A stretch of DNA of 63,538 bases, filler included, from Octopus bimaculoides (lineage: Eukaryota): assembly GCF_001194135.2 (NCBI RefSeq). It is 7 parts of 7 records of this genome, joined end to end, with 100 filler letters (N's around TTAATTAATTAA, not from the genome) between each part and the next. Parts side by side here need not be neighbours in the genome. Positions count along the whole stretch, not along the records: positions 20,439 to 35,461 come from NC_068985.1; positions 35,562 to 43,170 come from NC_068981.1; 5 more parts are not named here. One strand, 5' to 3'. The position numbers were made by a program, and so were the translations under genes. Each line of letters starts with the position of its first letter. The stretch's first letter is position 1. Below the pieces are notes generated by a model that was not told the origin of the DNA, did no database searches, and saw only the letters and a program-made list of their open reading frames with translations. This document shows positions 24,604-36,470 of this stretch, piece by piece.

Positions 24604-24735
24604 TTCATCGACCAAGGAAAGAGGAAAGGCAAAGTTGACTTCAGCGGGATTTGGACTCGGAGCATAGAGAGATGGTAGAAATACTGTGAGGTATTCTATT
24701 CAATGATCTAACAACTTTGCCAGTTCGTCGCCTTA
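24604..24735 (-). mobile_element. SINE family C, diverged
   Basis: Reverse complement of the head (taaggcgacgaactggcaaag) and body (caactttgcctttcc). Confidence 0.65.
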
Positions 24736-25394
24736 AAGAAATGACAGTGAAGTTATAACTGATAAATACACAACAGCAGCACTATGAAACTGAAGTGCCA
24801 CTAGGTTGAACATCAGAGCAGCATTACAAGTATAGATCTGCATTAAATAAGATTAGCCGTCACAAGTTTATTGTACACGTCAGGCAGCTTATTTAAGAGA
24901 CGGTTACTCTAATTTAAACGCGTTTAGCCGTGAGTTTGCCATAGTCGTCGTAATTCCGCTGATTCACTTTTGAAGAAAGACGTCATCTAATATGTGGGAC
25001 TAATTTGTACATGTTGATGCTTGCGGTATATTCATTAAATGCAAACAGAATGTGAAGGATCTACAATGATTAGGAAAAGACAAAGTGAGTGAAACAAGAA
25101 TGCCGTAGGAAATAGCCGTCCTTTATGTAGGTAACGCAGAATTATGGATGTAAGTATTGCAGTGGATTTTGTATTAAAACGTAGCAGGCATAATTGTCGT
25201 GTGGTGTACTGAAGTGTTGGACTCGTGCACAAAGGAAGACTACTCTAGTGGCCAGATTTTGACATTATCACTGTGAATGAGGTCTATTTTGCTGCACAGA
25301 AACCTCTAACTTAACATGCTAGACGCTAAATACTCTACTGTTCCACAAATATAAAAGCGTGCTAGAGTTTTTCAAGAATATACTCTGTCTTCAG

Positions 25395-25412
25395 CATTTG
25401 CATATGCAAATG
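25395..25412. promoter_or_regulatory. Perfect 18-bp palindrome of two POU octamers
   Basis: CATTTGCATATGCAAATG = ATTTGCAT + ATGCAAAT, in non-repetitive sequence. A TATAAAAG lies at ~25290. Function is inferred only. Confidence 0.35.
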
Positions 25413-25842
25413 AATTCAAAGCTTTCCTATTGTTCGCTTTGACAGGCTGGTGTCTCTCCAGTTAACCTTTATTGCAAGACATTCTACAGACTGCAAGACA
25501 TTCTATCAAACGATCGAAGAACCACGCCAGTTATAATCCTCAAGAAGAAGAGCTGCAGCAAAGCTCTCCAAGAGACTTCAGTGTTTCTCAGGCTTTAATT
25601 ATTTCATTTCTTTTACGTTTTCATTGCTTATAGGAAAAGTTGGACTAAAGTATATATATCAGAACTCGTTTACCGATGGAAAAACAGGAAAGAAATAATT
25701 TCATTTCACCATTTTCTTCAGTCATTTTGAACAAGAAAGCCTATATGGTTGCTCGACCTGCTAAAAATAACTGTAAAATTTTCTGTAAAATTTCCGTTGT
25801 CTTAAAAGAATGAAGGAAGCCAAATATTATCATCATAAATAA

Positions 25843-25894
<52 letters not shown>

Positions 25895-26916
25895 CACCAT
25901 CATGATCACTACCACTACCACCATAACCACCACCACCACCACCACCGCAAACAACAAGAACAAGAACAAGAACAACAACAACAGCAGCAGCAGCAACAAT
26001 AACAACATTAACAACAACAACACAAGCAATAACAACGACACAAATACAACGGCAACAACGATGGTGTAGAGAAAGGATACGTTTTGGAAAAAAAAAAATC
26101 TCTTCCTACTCCACCATTTCGGACAAGAATGTCTGTATGAAGTTGTTCGACACGTTAGAAATAACTACCAAATATCTTACAAACCACTTTTCATTGTCTT
26201 GAATAAAAAAAAAAATAAAAAAATAAGCCGAGGACAGATTGAAAAAAAAAATACCAAAAAAAAATGGAATGGCTGCAGCTGAAACGTTTCTATTTAGACG
26301 TCTGCCCGTTCACCATAAACCTGGAGTTAAATAACAATTGCAACAACAATTGCGTAGACAAAAATGTTAAGTATTGGCGAAAGCGTTGGGAAATAATTAA
26401 TCTGATATTTTTTTTTTTTGCTCTTTGTTTCTAAAAATCAGTGAAAATGAAATATGTTCAATTATAGATGTAGTTGTTAACAAGACTTTTGTACAGTCTA
26501 ACCAAAACATGCAACCAATCCAGACTCCAGCATTTAAAGTGAAAAATAGCTTCGTAAACTAGATCTGCCCAGTCGAAGAATTTGTGTTTCTTCCAAATAT
26601 AAAACAAACAATTGTTTTAACTGACAGCGATTTTTGTTTTATCATTCATTCTTCGTTTATTATTCTCACAGTCAAAATGGAAGAATTAACTATTGAAAGA
26701 TGTTTTCGTATCATATGTAACTCATATAAGTCAAGATTAATGAAAGCTTGATCTTTTTATTTCGAAAAATTAAAAAAAAACAAACAAAGAAAACAAAGAC
26801 AAACAAACAAATATATATATATAAACAAACATGCATACATTTATATACATATATATATGTATATATATGTGTGTGTGTTTATATATATATATGTGTATAT
26901 ATGTGTATATACATAT

Positions 26917-26953
<37 letters not shown>

Positions 26954-27073
26954 ATCGAGATAAGGAGTAGACACTCTTATTACAAAACTGTTATATTTAC
27001 TCAGACTTTGAAGCCAGTGTTGTAAGCAATGAACAGAAGGGGAAGAGGAGGAGAAGAAAAACAAAAAGAAGCC

Positions 27074-27075
<2 letters not shown>

Positions 27076-27164
<89 letters not shown>

Positions 27165-27194
27165 AAGAAGAAGAAGAAGAAGAAGAAGAGGAAT

Positions 27195-27225
<31 letters not shown>

Positions 27226-27298
27226 AGAAGAAGAAGAAGAAGAAGAAGAAGAAGAAGAAGAAGAAGAAGAAGAAGAAGAAGAAGAAGAAGAAGAAGAA
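27076..27298. repeat. Compound microsatellite (AAT)n-(GAA)n
   Basis: About 19 AAT units directly followed by about 50 GAA units with few interruptions. Confidence 0.95.
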
Positions 27299-27522
27299 AC
27301 TAAATGGAAGAAAGCATATTAAATGACGTCTAAACATTAGTGTAAAAATACTTGTGGCTTGTAAAATGTTACATAGCAATAGATAGCCATGCCTTTCAAT
27401 AATATATTACTGTGATCATTGAATCTTACTAAATATTTTATCTCAGTCTTGTAGTTGTTTTTTTTGTTTGCTGTGGTTGCTGTTGTTGATGATGATAATG
27501 TAGCTTTGACCCAGATCAGATG

Positions 27523-27755
27523 TGTGGAGGCGCGTGGCTTAGTAGTTAAGGTATTGGACTCATAATCTTAAGATTGTGGATTCAGTTCCTGCACCGATCA
27601 AAGCCTTGTGTTCTTGAGCAAAACACTTCATTTCACGTTGCTCCTGTCTACTGAGCTGGCAAAAACGAGTAATCCTACGACGGACAGGCGTCCCATTCAG
27701 GTGCGGAATATACACACCATGAAACCGGGAAATCGGCCCTTATGAGTCGGCATAG
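27523..27755 (+). mobile_element. CORE-type SINE (family D head and core, different tail)
   Basis: gtggaggcgcgtggcttagtagttaagg head, gttcttgagcaaaacacttcatttcacgttgctcc core; the tail differs from 23937-24274. Confidence 0.7.
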
Positions 27756-27829
27756 GTTTACCTTTTTTTTTTTAAACCAGGTCAGATCTGAGTAAGCAGG
27801 CCTATAACCGAACACGTTCGGAGTGTGAT

Positions 27830-28232
27830 TATTCTTTCGTCATTTTATTCTCTCCATCCACCTTCTCCGTCCACTATTCTCAGGGGATTCGTGGGAGCAG
27901 AGTCCTCGGGGACCCGCTCCACAAAACCCTATCAGAAGCAAGCGTCATTAGAATTTCATGCTGGATTCTCATGCATGGCCAACAAAGATTAAAGATATTA
28001 TCCAACCATCTCGTTCATAGTCAACGACTAAGTCTCCTGCTGGTTGGTTTGGCTTGAAAGATCCATTTTGCTATTCCTTCCGGTGACATTCTAATCATAC
28101 GTCTGTAGAACCAGAAGTGTGACTCTCCGTGCTGAATGGGTTTGCTGCAAGTGCTGCGAGGCATGGGTGACAATTAGTGTTTGGAAGATTGAGACATCGA
28201 TCATCACAAGAAAGTTTTCCCAGTGCATTCTT
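27830..28232 (-). pseudogene. RTE-clade LINE ORF C-terminus
   Basis: Minus: RMSPEGIAKWIFQAKPTSRRLSR*L*TRWLDNIFNLCW...MTLASDRVLW, matching the RTE C-terminal RGRPxTRWxD region. Confidence 0.7.
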
Positions 28233-28238
28233 CATAAC

Positions 28239-28562
28239 GGCGCAGGAGTGGCTGCGTGGTAAGAAATTTGCTTCTCAACCACACGGTTCCGGGTTCAGTC
28301 CCATTGTATGACACCTTGGGTAAGTGTCTTCTTCTCTAGCCTCGGACCGACTAAAGCCTTGTGTGTAGATTTGATAGAAGGAAACTGAAAGAAACCCGTC
28401 ATGTTTGTCTTCCACCACTGCTTGAAAACCGGTATTGGTGTATTCATGTCCCCGTAACTTAGCGGTTCGGGGAAGACAGACCAATAGAATAAGTACCAGG
28501 TTTAAAGCAAAAATAAGTATTGAGGCTGATTTGTTCGACTAAAACCCCGCATGGCCGTAGTT
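28239..28562 (+). mobile_element. SINE family A lacking the internal microsatellite
   Basis: ggcgcaggagtggctgcgtggtaaga head plus the family A tail. Confidence 0.8.
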
Positions 28563-28599
28563 AGTTCGAAAGTCGACAGTAGAGACTACAACATTATAG

Positions 28600-29200
28600 G
28601 TATTAATGTGGGTATCAGAGTAAGGGAGTAATGTTTTCAATTCGCTTCATCGTAATTACAGGTCCGTCCTAATAATGCTACTGTGAGGCATGTTAGTGGT
28701 GTTCAGGCAGTTGCTAAGATAAGGATGTGGTTGTCCAGAATTGCGGTGTTCCTGTTAACATTGTTAATGTGGAAGCCCTGTCGGTAATTCACAATGTTCG
28801 TAATTAGGTGGCCGCGATTACGCCCATTTGAAACAGATATTATATATCCCAGATTAGGGATGGTGGAGTATGAGATTTTAATGGAAGATTTATTAAAATT
28901 AGAGATGTACGTATGCTGAGGTGGGAAATTGGTGTTGAAGATTTTCAAGAAGAGCCTAAGTATAGAGTTAACTTGAAGGGAGAACAGCGGTGCAAGCCCA
29001 AAGATTTCACATTTTCGGTCTCTAGAGGTAGAAAGACCATGCGTGGGGTTGCGTTGGTTAGTTAGGGGCTATCAAAATATAATTCACCCAACCGGTCTAC
29101 TGAATAAACTGCTGGTCGCAGAAACGTACTAAAACTGCTAGCAGCACGAGGAGTAAAAAGATTTTTTTATCCACGTGGTGAATTGAATCAAAATATATAA
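28600..29200 (-). pseudogene. Penelope-like element, RT-thumb/linker fragment
   Basis: LFSLQVNSILRLFLKIFNTNFPPQHTYISNFNKSSIKISYSTIPNLGYIIS matches the Penelope linker (PPFSxxVxTNIG..FL.L...FP..H....FN...IKVSYS.MPN); RTCN follows. Confidence 0.75.
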
Positions 29201-30367
29201 AAAGAAAGAGCATTCACAGAAATTGCATGTTGGGAAATATATACATAAATACATACATACATACATATATATATATATATGTATATATACGCGTTCTATA
29301 TTGTATATATAATAATATATATATTACACATATAATATATGTAATATATGTACTTAGAGGAGCATATATATATACNNNNNNNNNNNNNNNNNNNNNNNNN
29401 NNNNNNNNNNNNNNNNNNNNNNNNNNNNNNNNNNNNNNNNNNNNNNNNNNNNNNNNNNNNNNNNNNNNNNNNNNNNNNNNNNNNNNNNNNNNNNNNNNNN
29501 NNNNNNNNNNNNNNNNNNNNNNNNNNNNNNNNNNNNNNNNNNNNNNNNNNNNNNNNNNNNNNNNNNNNNNNNNNNNNNNNNNNNNNNNNNNNNNNNNNNN
29601 NNNNNNNNNNNNNNNNNNNNNNNNNNNNNNNNNNNNNNNNNNNNNNNNNNNNNNNNNNNNNNNNNNNNNNNNNNNNNNNNNNNNNNNNNNNNNNNNNNNN
29701 NNNNNNNNNNNNNNNNNNNNNNNNNNNNNNNNNNNNNNNNNNNNNNNNNNNNNNNNNNNNNNNNNNNNNNNNNNNNNNNNNNNNNNNNNNNNNNNNNNNN
29801 NNNNNNNNNNNNNNNNNNNNNNNNNNNNNNNNNNNNNNNNNNNNNNNNNNNNNNNNNNNNNNNNNNNNNNNNNNNNNNNNNNNNNNNNNNNNNNNNNNNN
29901 NNNNNNNNNNNNNNNNNNNNNNNNNNNNNNNNNNNNNNNNNNNNNNNNNNNNNNNNNNNNNNNNNNNNNNNNNNNNNNNNNNNNNNNNNNNNNNNNNNNN
30001 NNNNNNNNNNNNNNNNNNNNNNNNNNNNNNNNNNNNNNNNNNNNNNNNNNNNNNNNNNNNNNNNNNNNNNNNNNNNNNNNNNNNNNNNNNNNNNNNNNNN
30101 NNNNNNNNNNNNNNNNNNNNNNNNNNNNNNNNNNNNNNNNNNNNNNNNNNNNNNNNNNNNNNNNNNNNNNNNNNNNNNNNNNNNNNNNNNNNNNNNNNNN
30201 NNNNNNNNNNNNNNNNNNNNNNNNNNNNNNNNNNNNNNNNNNNNNNNNNNNNNNNNNNNNNNNNNNNNNNNNNNNNNNNNNNNNNNNNNNNNNNNNNNNN
30301 NNNNNNNNNNNNNNNNNNNNNNNNNNNNNNNNNNNNNNNNNNNNNNNNNNNNNNNNNNNNNNNNNNN

Positions 30368-30423
<56 letters not shown>

Positions 30424-31154
30424 GTATATATACGCGTTCTATATTGTATATATAATAATATATATATTACACATATAATATATGTAATATATGTACTTAG
30501 AGGAGCATATATATATACCAATATACTTACACACAATCACACACAAACACACATACACATAGTCTATAACAGTTTTTCATGACTTCCTGGCAATGAGCGT
30601 TATATGTAAACTTTATAATTGTTTTCTTGTTATCTACTACGTGGGTAATGAAACAGTATCAGTTTTGGGGGAAAATAAAGACTTTCACAATTAATTTCGT
30701 TAAATAATTTAGAGATGATGCTAACCGCATGAAAGCAACATTAGAGTTTTATTAACATATTAATTTGATGACGCATTAAAAAACTAACTAAAGATATAAA
30801 ACTGATGATAGACAGGTAGATAAAAAGACAGACAGACAAAAAGACATAAATAGACAAATTGTTTCCAAGATATGCAACTGAACTCGAGAAACGACGCAAT
30901 ACGCAAGTGCAAAAACAAAAACAATCCCAACTTTATTACTCTTTTGTTTTTATAAATGATTTGTGTGTATTTCCACAGGTATTTTGTATAATTTTTCACA
31001 TCTGCATTGACTTTTAGTTCTTTTAAACTACGTTCACTAGGATCGGTGTTATGTAGGGTATTCCGACTTAAGTTAAGGTCCACGAAGAAAGAGAAAATAT
31101 GTTAAGTCGAAAAACGTGTTGAGGTAAGCCTGTATCTCATACATGTAAAATCAT

Positions 31155-31325
31155 AATGCAGCGAGCTAGCAGAATCGTTAGCACGCAAGGCAAAATACTT
31201 AGCTGCCTTTTGTCCGTCTTTACGTTCTGAGTTCAAATTTCGCCAAGGTCGACTTTGCCTTTCGATGTCGATGTAAACGACTTTACCCATCCCGAAACTG
31301 CTGGTGCCAAAATTTGAAACTAATG
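31155..31325 (+). mobile_element. SINE family C, internally deleted
   Basis: gcagcgagctagcagaatcgttagcac...gagttcaaatttcgccaaggtcgactttgcc. Confidence 0.75.
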
Positions 31326-31379
31326 TGTGTGGAGGCATCGGTGTAGATTAGTAGATAGGGTGTAACGGAATCAGTTAGG

Positions 31380-32080
31380 CAGACCATAGGGACTTATAAC
31401 AGACCCTTTTCCTGCAGAGACAGTTTGCTGCCGGCTGAGATCTTTCAATCAGTCTTGTCGACATCCTCACAGATGCTCATCAACGGGCACGTCTGCAGTG
31501 GGCTCAAAAACGTCAGAACGAGTGATATCAGCTGTGGAGGAATGTAGTCTTCTCTGACGAAAGGGTGAACGTCATGCCGATGGCTGTGTGGTGGAGAGAG
31601 ACTCATGGGGAGGACAGAGCATCATGATATAGGGCAGAATTGTACTCAATCACAAGGTTGGATTGGTGGTCTTCCAAAACATCGGTCAAGGCCGGGGCAA
31701 TGGAGTAACCGCTACATCGACCAAGTGTTGAGGCCTCACATTGTGTCATACTTTGCCCGTCATCGGAATCATGTGTTCCAACACGACAACGTCCGTGCCC
31801 ATGCTGCCAGGTAGACAACAGACTTCCTCCAACAATATCCAGACACTGCCATGGCTTGCCCTAAGTCCGGACTTGAACCCCATAGAGCACCTGTGGGACG
31901 AAATCCAAAGAAGGCTAAATGATATCCTTCCAAGGCCGCGAAATGCGGCACAACTCACTGCAAGTTTTAGAAGAGTGTGGGCTGCTATCCTCATGGCCTT
32001 CATCAATTATTTGATGCATTCAATGTACAGAAAATGCCTAGCGGTAAGCAACACTAATGGTGATCATACGAGATATTGAG
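31380..32080 (+). pseudogene. Tc1 (DD34E-type) transposase remnant
   Basis: RYIDQVLRPHIV...VFQHDNVRAHAAR, then LPWLALSPDLNPIEHLWDEIQRRL...RKCLAV..NGDHTRY*; frameshifted. Confidence 0.9.
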
Positions 32081-32156
32081 TTCTTTTCTTTGGATCCGGC
32101 ACTCTCCGTCATCCTGTGACACCGTGTGACGTCAAACATGCTTCAGGAATACATAC

Positions 32157-32187
<31 letters not shown>

Positions 32188-32577
32188 TGTATGCATGTAT
32201 GTATGTATATACATATGTAAGAATGCATAAACATTTATACAGAGAGAAGACCCTTGGCAGGACTTTTTACATGTTAAAAAGGGCAGTTAAAACGCAAACC
32301 ATGAAAAGAGAATTCTTAAGGCACGCTGTTAATGGCAACAGAGTGAACAAAAAATTTTAAAAATTAGTTAATCCTGTACTCGAGTTTCGCTATTAATGAC
32401 CAAATAAATTTATTTGGTATTTGTAGCTCATCAGCAGGATCGCTAATGAATGCATAATTATGTAACCATAATATGTACCGAAAACAGGTTTCGAACTTAG
32501 TACTCGAGCGCAGTAAATAGATAAATTTAAACTGTGTACTGTATGGTCTCAGAATTGGAAGAGTTTACTGTAGTAAA

Positions 32578-33438
32578 TATGAGGGTAAAAAATTATAATA
32601 AATACTGTCAGCATGGATGCTCCAAAGAACAAAGAGCAATGATCCGATTTCTCTGGTCGGAAGGTGTGTCAGGTGCTGAAATTCCTCGGAAGCTTTTAGC
32701 ACAATACCGCGTAGAATTGTGTATGAGTGGATCGGGAAGCGCAAACGTCTTGAGGTATGCTAACGTTTGCTCGATCGCGATAACAATGAGAGCGACGAAT
32801 TTTTTGAGCAGTATAGTCACAGGAGATGAAACGTGAGTCCATCATTATGAGGCAAAATCCCAAAGTCATCCTGGCTCGATGGTGACGAAGATATTTAAGA
32901 CTCAGTCTTCCGCGGTAAAGGTGATGCTAACCCTTTTATTTGGGCACAAAATGGATTATACTGGGAGAATATCTGGAAGAGGGGTGTACGATCAACAGTA
33001 CAAGATACAGTACTTTGGTGGCCAACAAACTGAAGCCTATTATCGAAGACAGTTTTGCTGCTGCATGATAATTCACGGCCACACACGGCCGCTCAGACCA
33101 TTGAAACCGTTAACCAATTGGGTTTTGAGGTGCTGAAACACCCTGCCCACAGCCCATATCTCGCTCTTTCCGTTTATCATATCTTAGGACTGTTCAAAAA
33201 TGGTTTACGAGGTCGTCGATTTCGTACGGATGAAGACGTGAAGGAAACAGTGCATAAATGGTTGTACGACCGACCGAAAACCTTCTTGAAGGGAATACGC
33301 AAGTTGTGGACTGCTGGACCAAGTGCATCGAAAAGAAAGGCGACTATATAGAAAAAAGGACGTACTTGTTTATCCCCTGCTTTTGTGTAAATACATTGAA
33401 AAAACATGAGTGCGTATAACTTTTGACTCACTCTTGTA
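32578..33438 (+). mobile_element. Mariner (DD34D-type) element remnant
   Basis: EQRAMIRFLWSEG (HTH), IVTGDET*VHHY, LLHDNSRPH...HPAHSPYLALSV. The 3' terminus TTTTGACTCACTCTTG plus TA ends at 33438. Internally deleted. Confidence 0.85.
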
Positions 33439-34956
33439 TATACCAGCAGCTGAGAAATGTTATCATATCATCTTATTGTGGTTACTTGAATTTGATTAGA
33501 ACACTTTCCTGACCTCCTCTCCATTTCCCTTTCATTTTTACGTTATACCATCTACTTAATGTTGGACACCATCACTTCATACTAAGTCACTTTATAGTTT
33601 TGAAGACAGCGCTTAACTATACCTGTCTCAATCAGTTTTCTATCTGATATTATCTAAGAATGGCGCGACATTATCCGCCAAACAATTTTCCTGCACTCTT
33701 TCCCGTTTATATTTTTTCTTTTTCCATTTATTTTATGAGAGTTATTATTCACACACTAATTAAGAAGTTCGAACGTATATGCAAAATATTTGTGAATCAG
33801 GTCTTCCGATTATTAAATTCCTTGCTTTTTACTCATCAATTCGTACCATTGTTTTTGCTTCCGTTAGATACAATATGTATCTGCGTTTACGACAAGAGAC
33901 AGAGAGTGGTGTCTTTAAGTATATCTGTATTTGCATATAAATATGTAAATCTATATATAGGTATATACTTACGTATGGTATGGTACATATATATATATAT
34001 ATATATATATANNNNNNNNNNNNNNNNNNNNNNNNNNNNNNNNNNNNNNNNNNNNNNNNNNNNNNNNNNNNNNNNNNNNNNNNNNNNNNNNNNNNNNNNN
34101 NNNNNNNNNNNNNNNNNNNNNNNNNNNNNNNNNNNNNNNNNNNNNNNNNNNNNNNNNNNNNNNNNNNNNNNNNNNNNNNNNNNNNNNNNNNNNNNNNNNN
34201 NNNNNNNNNNNNNNNNNNNNNNNNNNNNNNNNNNNNNNNNNNNNNNNNNNNNNNNNNNNNNNNNNNNNNNNNNNNNNNNNNNNNNNNNNNNNNNNNNNNN
34301 NNNNNNNNNNNNNAAATTTAAATTAAATTTAATTCAAATTAAATTTGTAACGTGGAGGAATGTAGTGGCGGACAAAACAAAACAGGAAAACGAAACAGTG
34401 AGAACAAACAAGAAGGCTATACGGCCAGACGTGAAAAAAATATGTGTATGCTGAACGCTGTAAAGCAACGAACTGGAAGAGAGACGAAGAATGTTCGTGC
34501 CAGCTTCGCGAAAGCGAAGATATGAAAGAAAGATAAGTAGCCGGACACGTGACCAGCGAAGGGTAAGGAGAAAGAGTGGTAGAGGGAGAAAAAAGGGGGA
34601 AGAAGTAGAAGATAGGTGAGCAAAGAAAGACAGGAAGGAAGAAAGAGATATAGTAGAGAAGGAGAGAGGCGAAGAACAACAGATGGAAGAACGAGAGGGG
34701 GAGAAAGATACAAAGGTAGACAGAGTTGCGTCAGAAAAATAACGTTTAAAACTTACTTGCAAGGAGAACGCGTGCGTTCGATCATGTAATACAAATAATA
34801 TATGAGTATATGCGTATATACGTACATGTATGTACATACCTACATCTACATGTATATATAGATACATATCTGGGTACAGGACATAGCAAAAAAACGTAGG
34901 CAAAATGATAAACGGAATACAGAAAACACACAGGTCAGCGAAATATGTTATGTAGC

Positions 34957-35029
34957 AGTCCTCAGGGAGGATCGAACTCACGATCCGTAGGTTACAAGAT
35001 CTGTTCTCTAACCACTGAGCTATAGCGGC
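34957..35029 (-). pseudogene. tRNA-Thr(TGT)-derived pseudo-tRNA heading a repeat element
   Basis: GCCGCTATAGCTCAGTGGTTAGAGAACAGATCTTGTAACCTACGGATCGTGAGTTCGATCCTCCCTGAGGACT has intact A/B boxes and a TGT anticodon loop, but broken acceptor and anticodon stems. Its downstream body (34795-34956) is homologous to 4277-4345. Confidence 0.7.
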
Positions 35030-35216
35030 AGAGGCGCCTTTGTTAACGCGGCTAAGTGTTGTACCTTTACACTAGCGAATCAGCCTTCTTTTTCCTGTCA
35101 AATTTAAGAACTATAATAGTTCATGTTTTTTTTTTATGTAAACAAATTTTCTATATGCTTTCGGTGAAAATGCTCTTTCTTTTGTACGGCACCGTTTTTA
35201 CAGTCCTGTAAATAAT

Positions 35217-35381
35217 AATAATGGTATCTTTATATAAGCTTAAAGCTTATGGCGATCACCGCGCAATGACTAAGGAAAATAGTTTAATAAAGGGGCATAT
35301 AAGCGCTCGACAGAAAAAGAAAGTTTTCCTATTGCACGGTGACAGCCATAAACGTTAAGCTTATATAAAAATACCATTATT
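35217..35381. mobile_element. Small hairpin MITE-like element
   Basis: ~50-bp imperfect inverted repeats aataatggtatctttatataagcttaa...tcaccgcgcaat / attgcacggtgac...ttaagcttatataaaaataccattatt. TSD unclear. Confidence 0.6.
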
Positions 35382-35652
35382 TAAAAAAAAGTGAAACCGG
35401 TCAAGTCAATAAACAGCTTTAAAATTGAATTTTTAAACCAACTTTCTTTCATATATATATANNNNNNNNNNNNNNNNNNNNNNNNNNNNNNNNNNNNNNN
35501 NNNNNTTAATTAATTAANNNNNNNNNNNNNNNNNNNNNNNNNNNNNNNNNNNNNNNNNNNNTGCAATATAACGACACAACTTTTTCTCATCAGTTTCAGA
35601 AGCCCTGAAAATGATAATGAGTGCTACCATTCGCTATCTGTTTAAAAGATAT

Positions 35653-36019
35653 GTGTTGGCACTCCGTCGCTGACGACGACGAGGGTTCCAGTTGATCCGA
35701 TCAACGGAACAGCCTGCTCATGAAATTAACGTGCAAGTGGCTGAGCACTCCACAGACACGTGTACCCTTAACGTAGTTCTCGGGGATATTCAGCCTGACA
35801 AGGCTGACCCTTTAAATTACAGGCGCAACAGAAACAGGAAGTAAGAGAAAGTTGTGGTGAAAGAGTACAGCAGGGTTCGCCACCATCCCCTGCCGGAGCC
35901 TCGTGGAGCTTTAGGTGTTTTTGCTCAATAAACACTCACAACGCCCGGTCTGGGAATCCGAACCGCGATCCTATGACCGCGAGTCCGCTGCCCTAACCAC
36001 TGCGCCATTGCGCCTCCAC
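35653..36019 (-). mobile_element. SINE family B, full length with TSD
   Basis: Reverse complement of the 13861 copy. 14-15-bp TSD (C)TGTTTAAAAGATAT at 35638-35652 and 36019-36033. Confidence 0.9.
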
Positions 36020-36434
36020 TGTTTAAAAGATATTCACCTCTTTAATGGCTATTACTCGTCCGAACTAGAACTAGCAAGCTGTCCACCATTTCCACCCTAG
36101 TTCACAGTATACATCCGTTTTTCCTCTTCTCGTTGTGCGTAGGTTGTCTTGCCGCCAAAAAACACATTAAAAACATCGCAATCTTTTCCAGAATTCTAAC
36201 GTCCTACAATATAACTCTCTACACACATTCTACATTTCACTCACCGGCGGTAATCGACGTAACTTTTATTTTTCCCACCAGTATCAGAAGATATGCAAAT
36301 CGTCACATTCACTACAGTCTTCCTCGAAACCACCATTAACATGAATAATACAGAAAATTATATAACTACGTATATCGCTTCCCGATTTTTTTTGTCTATC
36401 TGTCTCTTTGTCTGCCTCATTCCTGTTTCTGTTT

Positions 36435-36470
<36 letters not shown>

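Noticed and set aside
26672-26750. Acceptor followed by MEELTIERCFRIICNSYKSRLMKA*
   Set aside because: Only 24 codons with no good donor and no recognisable similarity.
29265-30518. Identical ~110-bp block on both sides of a gap (29265-29375, 30408-30518)
   Set aside because: Exact duplication at gap edges is most simply an uncollapsed contig overlap or haplotype artefact.
30979-31123. Exon-like segment with acceptor ttccacAG and donor GAG|gtaagc
   Set aside because: All three frames have stops and there is no usable ATG; such sites arise by chance in AT-rich DNA, though a non-coding exon cannot be excluded.
34957-35029. Functional tRNA-Thr gene
   Set aside because: The acceptor stem has several mismatches and the anticodon stem is broken; it is attached to a repeated body.
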